Positions 30,277 through 41,078 of a stretch of DNA of 64,000 nt are shown piece by piece; position 1 is the stretch's first letter; the number at the start of each line of letters is the position of its first letter. The notes beneath the pieces are model-generated. The model was given only the letters and a program-made list of their open reading frames with translations. It had not been told where the DNA came from and did not search any database. This stretch comes from Candidatus Zambryskibacteria bacterium RIFCSPHIGHO2_01_FULL_46_25 (lineage in GTDB: Bacteria > Patescibacteriota > Minisyncoccia > Phycocordibacterales > Zambryskibacteraceae), in the NCBI GenBank assembly GCA_001825155.1, contig MHVH01000005.1, forward strand, positions 3,528-67,527. The letters are read 5' to 3'. The position numbers and the translations under genes were made by a program.

Positions 30277-30972
30277 ATGACTGCCGGATTTTCTGTAAAA
30301 ACCGAAGTGTTTGAAGGACCCTTGGATCTCCTGCTTGAGCTTGTGAGCAAGCGGAAGCTCTTCGTCAATGATGTATCGCTTTCCGAAGTGGCGGACGACT
30401 TCATCCGCCACATCTCGGAAATGGAGGAATACTCCCTTTCTCTCTCCGCGGAATTTATCCTCGTCGCCTCGACTCTGATGCTTATCAAATCGCGCTCGCT
30501 CCTGCCGACACTCGAGTTTACCGAGGAGGAAGAAGAAAGCATCCACGACCTTGAGAATAGGCTGTTAGCCTATTCTCACACCCAAGAGCTGGCAGCAAAA
30601 CTCAAAGCAATTTTCGGCAAGAGCATCATTTTCGAGAAGACGCCCTCAAAGAATCCTCTCATAGTCTTCTCTCCGGATGCCGAAACCAATCCGGAGAGCC
30701 TTCTCTCCGCTCTCGAGCGAGTTATAGAAGCGCTGCCGAAGAAAGAGGTTCTCTCCAAGGTTACGGTCAAGAAGGTTATTAGCCTTGAAGAGATGATCGA
30801 AAAGCTCACGGAACGGATATCAAAGTCCGGGAAATTGTATTTCAAAGATCTCAAACATAAAGACAAGATCTCGATGATCGTGGGTTTTCTCGCCATGCTC
30901 GAGCTTGTGAAGCGCGGCATTATCAGCGTGAAGCAGCACAGTCGGAACGAAATTGAAATCGAACATGCTTGA
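30277..30972 (+). CDS. scpA: Segregation and condensation protein A
   Basis: FEGPLDLLL, IKSRSLLP and FLAMLEL. Confidence 0.93.
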   Translation: MTAGFSVKTEVFEGPLDLLLELVSKRKLFVNDVSLSEVADDFIRHISEMEEYSLSLSAEFILVASTLMLIKSRSLLPTLEFTEEEEESIHDLENRLLAYSHTQELAAKLKAIFGKSIIFEKTPSKNPLIVFSPDAETNPESLLSALERVIEALPKKEVLSKVTVKKVISLEEMIEKLTERISKSGKLYFKDLKHKDKISMIVGFLAMLELVKRGIISVKQHSRNEIEIEHA

Positions 30973-31507
30973 ACAAAAAATAGAATCAATACTGTTGTTC
31001 AAAAACGAGCCGGTCACTCTCGCGGAGCTTTCCAAGATACTTAATGTCCCGCGAGAGAATTTACAATTTGCAATTTCCAATTTACAAAAAAAATATGAGA
31101 ATTCGGGAATAGTTATCATCACGGATGGAGAGAATTACAGCCTCGGCACGCATCCAGACAATTCGGAACTGATAGAAGAAATTCAGAAAGAGGAGCTCAA
31201 CCGCGACATCGGGCGGGCGGGGCTCGAAACTCTGGCGATTATCCTGTATCGTGGGCCGGTATCGAGGAGAGAGATTGACTACATCAGAGGCGTCAATTCG
31301 AGCTTCATCCTGCGTTCGCTCCTCATCCGCGGTCTTGTCGAGCGAACCGATATTCCAGGCGAACGAAGCTACAGTTACAAGCCGACGCTGAAGCTCCTTG
31401 AACATCTCGGAGTGTCGCGCCGAGAGGATTTGCCGGAGTATGGCGCGGCGGAGAAGAAGGTGGAAGAATTTATCCAAAGCGGCATAGATGGAGAGAAAGA
31501 TGATTAA
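30965..31507 (+). CDS. scpB: Segregation and condensation protein B
   Basis: IESILL and LETLAIILYRGPVSRREIDYIRGV. Confidence 0.93.
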   Translation: MLEQKIESILLFKNEPVTLAELSKILNVPRENLQFAISNLQKKYENSGIVIITDGENYSLGTHPDNSELIEEIQKEELNRDIGRAGLETLAIILYRGPVSRREIDYIRGVNSSFILRSLLIRGLVERTDIPGERSYSYKPTLKLLEHLGVSRREDLPEYGAAEKKVEEFIQSGIDGEKDD

Positions 31508-32447
31508 AAAATTTTTTAAAAACAGGGAGCTCGAGATTAAATTTTTTGTATTTTTGGCAATGGGATTGTCACTCCTTTTACTCGTATCGTATGTCTTGGG
31601 TTCGAAGATTGAGAGAGGGGACAATTCTGTAGGGACGGGACTTGTCCAGAGCCGATTCCCGGAAATGATGCTTAAGGCTAAGGCCGCTTATGTCTACGAT
31701 GCTCGCACCAAGACTGTTCTTTATGCCAAAAACGAGAATACTCGCATGCCGCTCGCCTCGCTTACCAAGGTCATGTCGGCTCTCGTGGCAAAAGAGCTTA
31801 GTCCGGACTATTCCACCGTAACGATTAGTCGTAGCGCTCTCGATACGGATGGCGACAGCGGTCTTCGTCCGGGAGAGAAATGGAGGCTCAAAGATATTCT
31901 CGACTTTTCCCTCGTGGCTTCTTCGAACGACGGCATGCGCGCGGTGGCTCTTGCTCTGGGTGCGCTTGAGCAATCCGATGCCTCCGATGAAGAAATTATC
32001 GGAGAGTTCGTCTCTCGCATGAACAGGAAGGCGGCGGAGATTGACCTCAAGAATACTTATTTCCGCAATGAGACGGGGCTCGATGAGACGGAATTCAAGG
32101 GCGGAGCCTACGGCACGGCAAGGGACATGTCTTCTCTCATGGAGTATATTCTCCTTTATCATCCCGACTTGCTTGAGGCTACGCAAGAGGTTTCCATGTT
32201 CGCCTTGTCTCTTGACGACTATCGCCACGAAGCAAAGAATACCAATCCTCTGGCCGGGAGGATTCCCGGTCTTGTGGCATCGAAGACCGGCTTCACCAAT
32301 ACTGCCGGAGGCAATCTGGCTCTCATATTCGACCCGGAGCTTGGTCGGCCGATTGTCGTTACCATTCTCGGTTCGACCGAAGAGGGCCGATTCGAAGACG
32401 CACAAACACTCATTAATGCTACTCTCAAGCATCTCAATGAAAATTGA
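31500..32447 (+). CDS. D-alanyl-D-alanine carboxypeptidase (peptidase S11)
   Basis: ASLTK (SxxK), SSN (SxN) and KTGFT, with an N-terminal TM segment. Confidence 0.9.
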   Translation: MIKKFFKNRELEIKFFVFLAMGLSLLLLVSYVLGSKIERGDNSVGTGLVQSRFPEMMLKAKAAYVYDARTKTVLYAKNENTRMPLASLTKVMSALVAKELSPDYSTVTISRSALDTDGDSGLRPGEKWRLKDILDFSLVASSNDGMRAVALALGALEQSDASDEEIIGEFVSRMNRKAAEIDLKNTYFRNETGLDETEFKGGAYGTARDMSSLMEYILLYHPDLLEATQEVSMFALSLDDYRHEAKNTNPLAGRIPGLVASKTGFTNTAGGNLALIFDPELGRPIVVTILGSTEEGRFEDAQTLINATLKHLNEN

Positions 32448-32474
32448 AAATTATAAATTGAAAATTTTACCCCT

Positions 32475-34319
32475 ATGTGCGGAATAACAGGGATCACAGA
32501 CAAAAACCTAGCGAAGAAAGAGTTCATCGAGAAGATGACCACTGTTATCGCCCACAGAGGCCCTGATGACGACGGTTTTCTCGTCGACGAACATGTCGCG
32601 CTTGGCATGAGGCGACTTTCAATTATTGATTTAGTCCACGGGGAACAGCCTATTGCGACGCCTGACGGTCGATATAAAATTTTCTTCAACGGTGAGATTT
32701 ACAACTATAAAGAATTAAAGAAAGAGTTGAATAATTATCAATATAAAACCGAGAGTGACACGGAAGTAATACTGGCAGGATTTGTGAAGTGGGGTCCGGA
32801 AGTTCTGAAAAAGCTCCGCGGAATGTTTGCCTTTTGTATTTATGATACGCAGGAGAAGAAAATTTTCTTGGCTCGGGATTTCTTCGGCATAAAACCCTTA
32901 TATTACTGGACACAGGCAAGGCCTATGGGTCCCATAGGCCTTGCCTGTGTAGCGTTTTCTTCCGAGATAAAAAGTTTCTTTGAGTTACCCGGATTCAAGC
33001 CGGAGGTGAATGATGCCGCCGTCTACAACTATCTTTCATACCAATACAATCCGCTGGAAGAAACTTTTTTCAAAAATGTTTTCAAGCTTCCTCCCGCGCA
33101 CTATCTGACGATCGATCTCAAGACTGGCAAGTGGGAGAAGAAGCGCTATTGGCAGTTCAAGTTCTCTCCAGAAGAAGCTCTGGACGAGGAGAATACGCGC
33201 AAAGAGATTCTAAATACGATGGAGGATTCGGTGGCGCATCATATGATTGCCGATGTGCCGGTGGGTTCCTTCTTGTCGGGTGGTATAGATTCCTCTATCA
33301 TCGCAACCTTGATGCAGAAAGTTCGTGGCGAGAAAAAAATAAAAACCTTTACCGTCGGTTTCAACTCTGTAAGCGAAGGTAGGGAAGCGAAAGAGACTTC
33401 AGAGCCGCTTGGTACAGACCATACGGAAATCAGTGTCGGGGCCGAAGAATACTTTGCCACCTTACCCAAGGCGGTGTGGCACTTCGACGAGCCGGTGGCG
33501 GACCCGTCGGCCATCGGGCTTTATTTCCTGGCTCGCGAGGCGAGAAAACACGTCAAGGTGGTGCTCTCGGGAGAAGGCGCCGACGAGCTCTTCGGTGGAT
33601 ACAACATTTATCTCGCGCCCATTGCCGCCGAGAGATTGCGCAAGTTTCCGAAATTCATTTTGAAATTAATCAGTGTACTGCCATTCCGCGGTAGAAACTA
33701 TGCTCAAAGAGCTCTCTTGAAGCTCGAAGACTGGTACATAGGCAATGCCTTAGTATTTAAGCCAGAAGAGATTAGGTCTCTCTGGCGAGACAACCCTATG
33801 TCAAGGGGCATCCTTGACACTCTATATCGAGAAGCGGCTGGGCTCAGCGATTCGACCAAGATGCAATACATAGACATAAACACTTGGCTAGTGGGTGACA
33901 TCCTCGCCAAGGCGGACAAGATGACTATGGCACATTCGCTCGAGCTCCGAGTGCCGTTTTTGGACAGCTCCGTAGCGACACTTGCTTCAAAGCTTCCGAA
34001 TAAATTTAAGTGGCATAATGGTGTAACGAAGTATCTCTTGCGGGAAGCTTTCAAAAATGTTTTGCCGGAATCCACGCGTAAGCGCAAGAAGCTCGGTTTC
34101 CCGACGCCGGTGCGTGAATGGATTACGAAAGAGAGAACGAATGTCATTCTCGAAAATCCATATATCAAATCGCATTTCGATGTTGCAAAAATCGAAGAAT
34201 TGATTAGCGACCATATCTCAAAAAGAACCGACAACTCGCGCAAAATCTACCTCCTCCTCATGCTCGCCCTCTGGTACAATGTATTTATTGAAAATTCTAA
34301 ATTGAAAATTGAAAATTAA
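32475..34319 (+). CDS. asnB: Asparagine synthase (glutamine-hydrolysing) family amidotransferase, copy 2
   Basis: MCGITG, HRGPD, FNGEIYN, LSGGIDSS, LSGEGADELFGGY and LELRVPFLD. Confidence 0.93.
   Translation: MCGITGITDKNLAKKEFIEKMTTVIAHRGPDDDGFLVDEHVALGMRRLSIIDLVHGEQPIATPDGRYKIFFNGEIYNYKELKKELNNYQYKTESDTEVILAGFVKWGPEVLKKLRGMFAFCIYDTQEKKIFLARDFFGIKPLYYWTQARPMGPIGLACVAFSSEIKSFFELPGFKPEVNDAAVYNYLSYQYNPLEETFFKNVFKLPPAHYLTIDLKTGKWEKKRYWQFKFSPEEALDEENTRKEILNTMEDSVAHHMIADVPVGSFLSGGIDSSIIATLMQKVRGEKKIKTFTVGFNSVSEGREAKETSEPLGTDHTEISVGAEEYFATLPKAVWHFDEPVADPSAIGLYFLAREARKHVKVVLSGEGADELFGGYNIYLAPIAAERLRKFPKFILKLISVLPFRGRNYAQRALLKLEDWYIGNALVFKPEEIRSLWRDNPMSRGILDTLYREAAGLSDSTKMQYIDINTWLVGDILAKADKMTMAHSLELRVPFLDSSVATLASKLPNKFKWHNGVTKYLLREAFKNVLPESTRKRKKLGFPTPVREWITKERTNVILENPYIKSHFDVAKIEELISDHISKRTDNSRKIYLLLMLALWYNVFIENSKLKIEN
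32910..32950. repeat. Perfect 41-bp palindrome in frame inside asnB
   Basis: ACACAGGCAAGGCCTATGGG-T-CCCATAGGCCTTGCCTGTGT. Confidence 0.85.
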
Positions 34320-34324
34320 TCCCC

Positions 34325-35377
34325 ATGGACATCTTAAAAATTATTAGTCCGACGGTTATGGCATTCTTTATCGGCATTTTCATCACGCCGTTCTTCACTA
34401 AGTATTTCTACAAATACAAAATGTGGAAGAAGTCTCCTCGCACCGAAGCGGGGGACATTACTTCCGACCACTTCAAGAAAATTCACAATACCGACTTGGA
34501 AATTTCAACTCCGCGCGTCGGTGGCATTATCATCTGGGCATCCGTATTTATCACAGTCGCGGTTATTTACATCCTCTCGATTGTTTTCCCATATGACGCG
34601 ATAGGGGAGCTGTCCTTCTTCAGCCGCTCGCAGACCGTGGTGCCTCTGGGAGCCTTCTTCCTCGCGGCACTCATCGGCCTCTTGGACGACTTACTGCAAA
34701 TATTCGGCCAGGGGAGTTATGCCAAAGATGCCTTGGTTTATCGCAAGGTAAAAATTGTTTTCGTCACGCTCATCGGCCTTGCTATCGCTACCTGGTTTTA
34801 CTTCAAGCTTGATTTCACTTCCATCCACATACCATTTGATGGGCCGTGGGAGCTCGGAATCTGGTTTATACCGTTTTTCGCTCTGGTAATGCTCGCCACC
34901 TTCTCCACTTCGGTCATAGACGGCCTCGACGGCCTGGCCGGGGGGGTGATGGCCTCTTGCTTCACCGCTTTTGCCGCCATCGCCTTCCTCGGAAGCCAGT
35001 ACGACATCTCGGCGCTCTCTGGGGCCATCGCCGGCGGCATATTGGCCTTCCTCTGGTTCAATGTGCCGCCGGCGAGATTCTACATGGGCGAGACCGGCAT
35101 GCTCGCGCTTACTGTGGCGCTCTCGGTTATCGCCTTTCTCACCGATTCTGTTCTCCTCTTGCCGGTAATCGCCTTACCGCTGGTGCTTACCACTCTCTCG
35201 GTTATTATCCAGATTGGTGTTTACAAAGTCTTCAATCATCGTCGGGTTTTCCTCGTCGCTCCGCTTCATCATCATTTCCAAGCTCTTGGTTGGCCGCGCG
35301 AGAAAGTGGTTATGCGCTACTGGATTGTTTCCGTTGTCTGCGCCATTACCGGAGTAATACTCTATCTTGTCAGCTAA
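34325..35377 (+). CDS. mraY: Phospho-N-acetylmuramoyl-pentapeptide transferase
   Basis: TPRVGG, GLLDD, DGLDGL, FYMGETG and APLHHHF. Confidence 0.93.
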   Translation: MDILKIISPTVMAFFIGIFITPFFTKYFYKYKMWKKSPRTEAGDITSDHFKKIHNTDLEISTPRVGGIIIWASVFITVAVIYILSIVFPYDAIGELSFFSRSQTVVPLGAFFLAALIGLLDDLLQIFGQGSYAKDALVYRKVKIVFVTLIGLAIATWFYFKLDFTSIHIPFDGPWELGIWFIPFFALVMLATFSTSVIDGLDGLAGGVMASCFTAFAAIAFLGSQYDISALSGAIAGGILAFLWFNVPPARFYMGETGMLALTVALSVIAFLTDSVLLLPVIALPLVLTTLSVIIQIGVYKVFNHRRVFLVAPLHHHFQALGWPREKVVMRYWIVSVVCAITGVILYLVS

Positions 35378-36461
35378 AATCGCTCAGCTTAAAGAATGGT
35401 ATGAAGAGCACGAAAGAAGGCTGGCAACCTTCTCGCTCCTGTTCGGCTTCGTATTCGACTCACTCACTCTTACGCGCATTGATGCCTTGCAAGACAATCT
35501 CTGGCTTTTCGGCAACTTGGTGGTAATAGGTGTCTGCATAATCCTTCTTAACCGGCAGGAAAATGATGGCATACAAGACAAAGAAGTTTCGAAGCACTTC
35601 TGGCTGTATAACCTGCTCCAGTTCGGCTTCGGAAACATACTCGGCGGATTCTTTGTCCTCTACTTCAGAAGTGGCACGCTTGCCGTATCTTGGCCGTTTC
35701 TTCTCATCTTACTTGTCGCCATGGTGGCAAACGAGCTTTTCCAGAAGCGCTACGCTCGACTCGTTCTGCAAATCTCGTTTCTCTATCTCACTATTTACGC
35801 CTTCCTAATCTTTATTGTGCCTATAGCTCTTCACAGGATTGGGGCATGGATTTTCCTCGCGAGCGGGCTTGTAAGTCTCCTTGCCGTATGGCTCTTCCTC
35901 ATCGCTTTACATCAGTTCTCGAGAGAGAGGTTCAGGGAGAGCCGGGTCTCCATTGTCCGCTCGGTAGCCGCGATTTTCGCGGTTATGAACATTCTCTACT
36001 TCACCAATCTTATCCCGCCCATCCCACTCTCGCTCAAGGATGCCGGCATTTATCATAATGTGGAAAAATTACCGAGCGGCAGATACAGCGTGCTCGAAGA
36101 AGAGGAGAAGGGGATTATGAGTTTCTTCGACTTCCGCAAAGACATTCACCTGGTCTCCGGCAATACACTCTTTGCTTACAGCGCCATTTATTCTCCGTCC
36201 GACCTTGATACCCAGATTGTCCACGAATGGCAGCATTACGACGAGAAGCAGGGCGAGTGGCTTACAAGCACCACTATTCCACTCCGCCTCTCCGGCGGCA
36301 GGGTAGAGGGCTTCCGCACGTATTCGAGCAAATCGAGCCTTGCTCCAGGCCCATGGCGCGTAAACGTCTCGACTCCCAGGGGCCAACTATTGGGCCGCAT
36401 AAATTTCGAAATAGTTTCTGTCAATTCCTATCCGGCAATAAAAGCCGTTGTGAAGGATTAA
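35367..36461 (+). CDS. Multi-TM protein with a C-terminal DUF2914-like domain
   Basis: IPPIPLSLK and GGRVEGFRTYSSK..GPWRVNV. TTG start. Confidence 0.7.
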   Translation: MSAKIAQLKEWYEEHERRLATFSLLFGFVFDSLTLTRIDALQDNLWLFGNLVVIGVCIILLNRQENDGIQDKEVSKHFWLYNLLQFGFGNILGGFFVLYFRSGTLAVSWPFLLILLVAMVANELFQKRYARLVLQISFLYLTIYAFLIFIVPIALHRIGAWIFLASGLVSLLAVWLFLIALHQFSRERFRESRVSIVRSVAAIFAVMNILYFTNLIPPIPLSLKDAGIYHNVEKLPSGRYSVLEEEEKGIMSFFDFRKDIHLVSGNTLFAYSAIYSPSDLDTQIVHEWQHYDEKQGEWLTSTTIPLRLSGGRVEGFRTYSSKSSLAPGPWRVNVSTPRGQLLGRINFEIVSVNSYPAIKAVVKD

Positions 36462-36602
36462 CGGCTGACTCAAGGGTGGTTTTGTTATCCACAAGTTGAG
36501 AACATATTATCCCCACATGTCAAGTTGACATACTAACCACTAGGCGTAGGGTTTAAGACATTCTATATTTAGAAGTTTGTATTACACAATAAAATTAAAA
36601 AT

Positions 36603-38985
36603 ATGACAAAATTGCTGCGGGGGGGGGGCTTTACTAGGTAATTCATTCAAACTTCTACTTGTTTTCACAGTTGCCTTCGGCGGCTTTTTTGTTGCTAATT
36701 CGGCACAGGCGGCTACGATAAATGTCCCGGCTGAGCAGGCGACCATTCAAGCAGCAATTACTGCTGCGAATCCTGGCGACATAATTAATGTCGCGGCGGG
36801 GACATATCCCGAAAATGTTTCAATAAGTGGCAAGACAAATCTCACAATTCAGGGCGCTGGAATTTCAACCATCGTTGAACCAGCAAGCGGAATCGGTTTT
36901 GCAATCACGAATTCTAGCAACATAACAATCAAGAATCTCAAAATTCACACCGTCGGCACCGATGCACACGGCGTCTGGGTTGCTGGAACCCCTAGCGGTA
37001 GTGCGGTGACCGGTCTTACAGTGCAGGATGACACAATCGTTGTGGATGGCTACTCCAGCGGTATTTACGCTGGGTGGGTAGATACGACACCTCACTCGGG
37101 GTGGCTTATCGGTGGGTCAGGACACGGGAACACTATAGAAGTGAACTCTGGCGCAGGAGTTACAGGCGATGGAATGGATCTCTATGACGTATCTGACTCG
37201 GAAGTAAGTTACAACACGATTACGCTTACAAACCCGACTGATAGTACGCCCGTTATTTGGTCAAGTGAACTCTCCAATCTGAACAATCTAAAATTCGAGC
37301 ACAATACGATGAGCGGTTCTACCGGTAGCGAAGTATGGATTGGTACGGATTTCAGTAGCCAATCACCTGATACATCTATCTCGACCGTCTCCGTGTTGGG
37401 CAACACGTTCGGCAACTGGGGTGTGCGCGCGTTGAAACTCGAAGGATCTGTTACGGGGGTGTCCGTAAATGCCAACATCTTCCAGATGACTGCGGATACG
37501 ACTCAAGTAATCGGTGGTACCGCTGCGCCTAGTGCAACAGGGACGGGAAATACGTTTAATATTTCTCTCCCGGCAAAAATTCAAAAAGCGGTAGACGCGG
37601 CATTTGCCGGCGACACTATTAATGTTGCCGCAGGGACGTATGACGAACAGCTAACTGTAGATAAGGATGTAACGATCAGTGGCGTTTCCGGTGCGATTCT
37701 CCAGCCGACGGGAAACGATGATGCTTGGGACATCCAATTTGCCAGTGGCGGAAGCGGCGCGACCTTAGAGGGATTCACTCTCGACTTTAACGGTTCTGCT
37801 AATGATAGGGATGGAAGAGGTATAGGAATTAGCGATTCCGGCGGTCCGACAGTCACAAATGTCACGATTCAGAATAACGACATTACTATGGGTGTGGGTG
37901 TAGGTGCAGCGACGGGTGGACTGGAGGGCGTGGGTATTCAGACTGGCCTTAATGCCGATATAGGCGGTTTGCAAATACTGGATAACGACTTTCATGCCGG
38001 CAGTACTGTAATAACTGATGGCAATTCACAGGGTGAGGAAGGAATCTATGTAAATCCGAGCTCCGGTACCGGAGAGATAACCATATCCGGCAACACATTC
38101 GACGGAGAGTTGTTTACTGGCATCTCAATCGAGTCGGATAACGTCACAGTAAGCAACAATACCGTGACTCGTACGAGTATCGTCCAGAACACTAACGGCA
38201 TAAGAGTCAATGAATTCTACGGAAGTAAGACTTACAGCATAACCATAAGTGATAACGTTGTCAGCGGATTCGATAACGGCTTGCGTCTTGGTAGCGGAAG
38301 CGATGGGGGGTCGACATTAGCAGTAACCGTGGAGAATAACACGATTACTGACAACACCCGTGGTATTTGGGTCAGAAACGATGCAGTAGTAACCGCTTCA
38401 GGCAATACATTCTCAGGTAATACATCGAATCCCGAAATTCTTGCCGGAAGTGACGGAACTGTCAACGGAGTAAATGTCTGGGGAAATCCAGTCGTCACAA
38501 TCAACGGTGATGTAAATATGGGGGTTTGGGATAGAAACGGTTTCAGTGATCCTGGCGCTTCTGCTACAGACAGCTCTGGCGCTTCAGTTGATGTGGTTGT
38601 TACTGGCTCAGTAAACATATCCATAGCAGGCACATACACCTTGACTTATACGGCTACTGATATGTTTGGGAATACGGCATCTGCTGATCGCACAGTTACT
38701 GTAAGAATCGCAAGTGGCGGAGGCGGGGGGTCTTCGAACGGCGGAGGCGGCAGGAGTTCCGGAGCAGCTTCGCCTAGAGCTCTTCAGGCGGTGAATGCGG
38801 CCGGAGTAACTCTGCCCGTTCCCGCGGCCGGAGTCATAGGACAGGTTCTCGGTGCTTCTACTGTTAGTCCGGAGATACAGGCCCAAATTGATTCCATCAA
38901 ACTAACTCTAAGAGGTCTCATCTCACAACTCATTGCTCTGCTTCAACAGCAGCTTGCAGCCGCTATCGCGTCTCAGGGAAATTAG
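36603..38985 (+). CDS. Large secreted beta-helix/Ig-like surface protein, frameshifted at the G10 tract (36619-36628)
   Basis: The long frame is open from 36607 to 38985 but has no start codon before 37006. Deleting one G joins the ATG at 36603 to a signal peptide ending in AQA. It has two TIQAAI..GD.INVAAGTY modules, parallel beta-helix repeats and a DPGASATD..GTYTLTYTATD Ig-like domain. Confidence 0.8.
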
Positions 38986-39006
38986 CAATTAATTCTGGTG
39001 CTTGGC

Positions 39007-39040
39007 CCAAAAAACCGCCTTGACTTAGGCGGTTTTTTGG
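39007..39040 (+). terminator. Bidirectional-type intrinsic terminator
   Basis: CCAAAAAACCGCCT-TGACTT-AGGCGGTTTTTTGG. Confidence 0.8.
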
Positions 39041-39055
39041 TTAATAGTTAATCTT

Positions 39056-39958
39056 ATGATTTCTTGGCTCAAGAGGCACTTCATACCGCACGAGGGGAAT
39101 GGTCACAGACCTCATATTCTGCATAGGAAGAATGCCGCCCAACTCGTGGGAGTGGTGCTACTTTTCGAACTTGCGCTATTTATCTTGCCAGGGCTCAACT
39201 TCGCCGGCTTCGTCAATAGTCTCAATCTTGGCGCGGTCTTGCCCGGAGTGCTCTCGACGCTTACCAATGAGAAGAGGCTGGCGGAGAACATGCCACAGCT
39301 TCTCGAGAATCCTTTGCTTATGCAATCGGCCCAGCTCAAGGCGGAAGACATGGCGACAAAAAGTTATTTCGCTCACACTTCTCCGGAAGGGAAGACTCCG
39401 TGGTATTGGCTCAAGCAAGTTGGTTACTCGTATGCCTATGCCGGAGAGAACTTGGCGGTGAACTTCGTTGATTCCGAAGATGTGACGGAAGCTTGGATGA
39501 ATTCTCCAACTCATCGCGCCAATATCGTAAGCGGTGCTTACACTGAGATAGGGACAGGCATCGCGACGGGCGTGTACAAGGGCAATAATGCCGTTTTTGT
39601 CGCCCAGGTTTACGGCCGTCCGGCATTGTTTAACCCCTCGCTTCTACCGGCTGCGGCGCAGAAGTCTGCCGGTTTGAACCGAGTGGTGCAAGAAACGACA
39701 AGGTTTTTCCAAGAAGCGGCCGCATCGCCCAGGCGCACGACAGACGCCGTGCTCTTTAGTGTCATGGGCATCATTACTCTCGCGCTCCTTTTCAATATCT
39801 TTATCAAAATCAGGCACCAACATCCGGATCTTATATTAAACGGCGCGGTGGTCATGGTGGTAATTCTCGCTCTCCACATCGGCAACGGATATGTTTCAAA
39901 AGATCATGGCTTGGAAACGTCTTTTATCGCCTACAACGCCTCAGAAGTAGAAGAATAG
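39056..39958 (+). CDS. CAP (SCP) domain membrane protein
   Basis: KAEDM..YFAHTSP, AGENLA and WMNSPTHRANI. Confidence 0.9.
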   Translation: MISWLKRHFIPHEGNGHRPHILHRKNAAQLVGVVLLFELALFILPGLNFAGFVNSLNLGAVLPGVLSTLTNEKRLAENMPQLLENPLLMQSAQLKAEDMATKSYFAHTSPEGKTPWYWLKQVGYSYAYAGENLAVNFVDSEDVTEAWMNSPTHRANIVSGAYTEIGTGIATGVYKGNNAVFVAQVYGRPALFNPSLLPAAAQKSAGLNRVVQETTRFFQEAAASPRRTTDAVLFSVMGIITLALLFNIFIKIRHQHPDLILNGAVVMVVILALHIGNGYVSKDHGLETSFIAYNASEVEE

Positions 39959-39977
39959 TGTTATAATTTCGCACAAG

Positions 39978-41078
39978 ATGCGAAGCAGGATAAAAGTCGA
40001 TAAGCCTTTTTTGGTCATCACGATTATACTCATCGTGGCGGGCTTTTTTATTTTCTCCTCCGCTTCTTTGGGCCTCTTGGCGAAGGAGAGTTCAAACTAT
40101 TCGAGTGTCGCGTTCTCGCAAACCGTCCTCGGCCTTTTCCTCGGCACGATTGCCATGATTCTGGCGGCCAGGCTCGATTACAAAATATGGAAAAAATGGG
40201 CTTTCTATCTCCTCATCCTGGCGGTAATTTTAAATATCATTGTTCTCATTCCTGACATCGGTTTCGAGCATGGCGGCGCGCGAAGATGGCTACGGGTAGG
40301 AGAGCTTTCTCTCCAGCCGGCCGAGGTACTCAAGTTCGCCTTCATCATCTACTTTGCCGCCTGGGCGGCGGGAGTTAAGGAAAAGATATCTACCTTCTCC
40401 ATGGGCCTCTTGCCCCTCATGACTCTCCTTGGCCTCTGTGGCATTCTCCTTCTTCTCCAGCCGGACACGGACAACTACATGGTCATCGTCGCGACCGGCA
40501 TGGGCATGTTCATAGCGGCGGGCGGTCGATGGCGGCACGTGTTAATACTGGGACTTATAGGACTTATAGGACTTATAGGACTTGCGGTAGCAAGGCCGTA
40601 TGTCATGCAGAGGATTACGACTTTTCTCAATCCGACATTGGACTCTCTTGGCTCCGGTTATCAGATACAGCAAAGCCTTATCGCTATCGGTTCCGGAGGT
40701 CTCTTCGGCACCGGTTTTGGTCAGAGTATTCAGAAATTTACCTATCTCCCGGAGCCGGTGGGCGATTCTATCTTTGCCGTGGCCGGAGAAGAGTTCGGCT
40801 TCGTGGGTTCGGTTTTGCTTATCGCGATATTCACCCTTTTTGCCGTGCGAGGGCTCAAAATCGCCGGCAATATGGAAGATAGGTTCGGTAGACTGGTGGT
40901 TGCTGGAATTGTTATAATGATTATCTCCCAGGCATTCGTCAATATAGGCGCCATGCTAGGAGTAATACCGCTTTCAGGCATTACCTTGCCCTTCGTCTCG
41001 CATGGCGGCACCTCTCTTTTCTTGAGCCTGTTTGAGATTGGCGTAATCCTTTCAGTATCCAAATCGCAAAAATCATGA
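39978..41078 (+). CDS. ftsW: SEDS peptidoglycan glycosyltransferase FtsW
   Basis: GARRW, QPAE, GYQIQQSLIAIGSGG and GITLPFVSHGGTS. It precedes murG. Confidence 0.92.
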   Translation: MRSRIKVDKPFLVITIILIVAGFFIFSSASLGLLAKESSNYSSVAFSQTVLGLFLGTIAMILAARLDYKIWKKWAFYLLILAVILNIIVLIPDIGFEHGGARRWLRVGELSLQPAEVLKFAFIIYFAAWAAGVKEKISTFSMGLLPLMTLLGLCGILLLLQPDTDNYMVIVATGMGMFIAAGGRWRHVLILGLIGLIGLIGLAVARPYVMQRITTFLNPTLDSLGSGYQIQQSLIAIGSGGLFGTGFGQSIQKFTYLPEPVGDSIFAVAGEEFGFVGSVLLIAIFTLFAVRGLKIAGNMEDRFGRLVVAGIVIMIISQAFVNIGAMLGVIPLSGITLPFVSHGGTSLFLSLFEIGVILSVSKSQKS

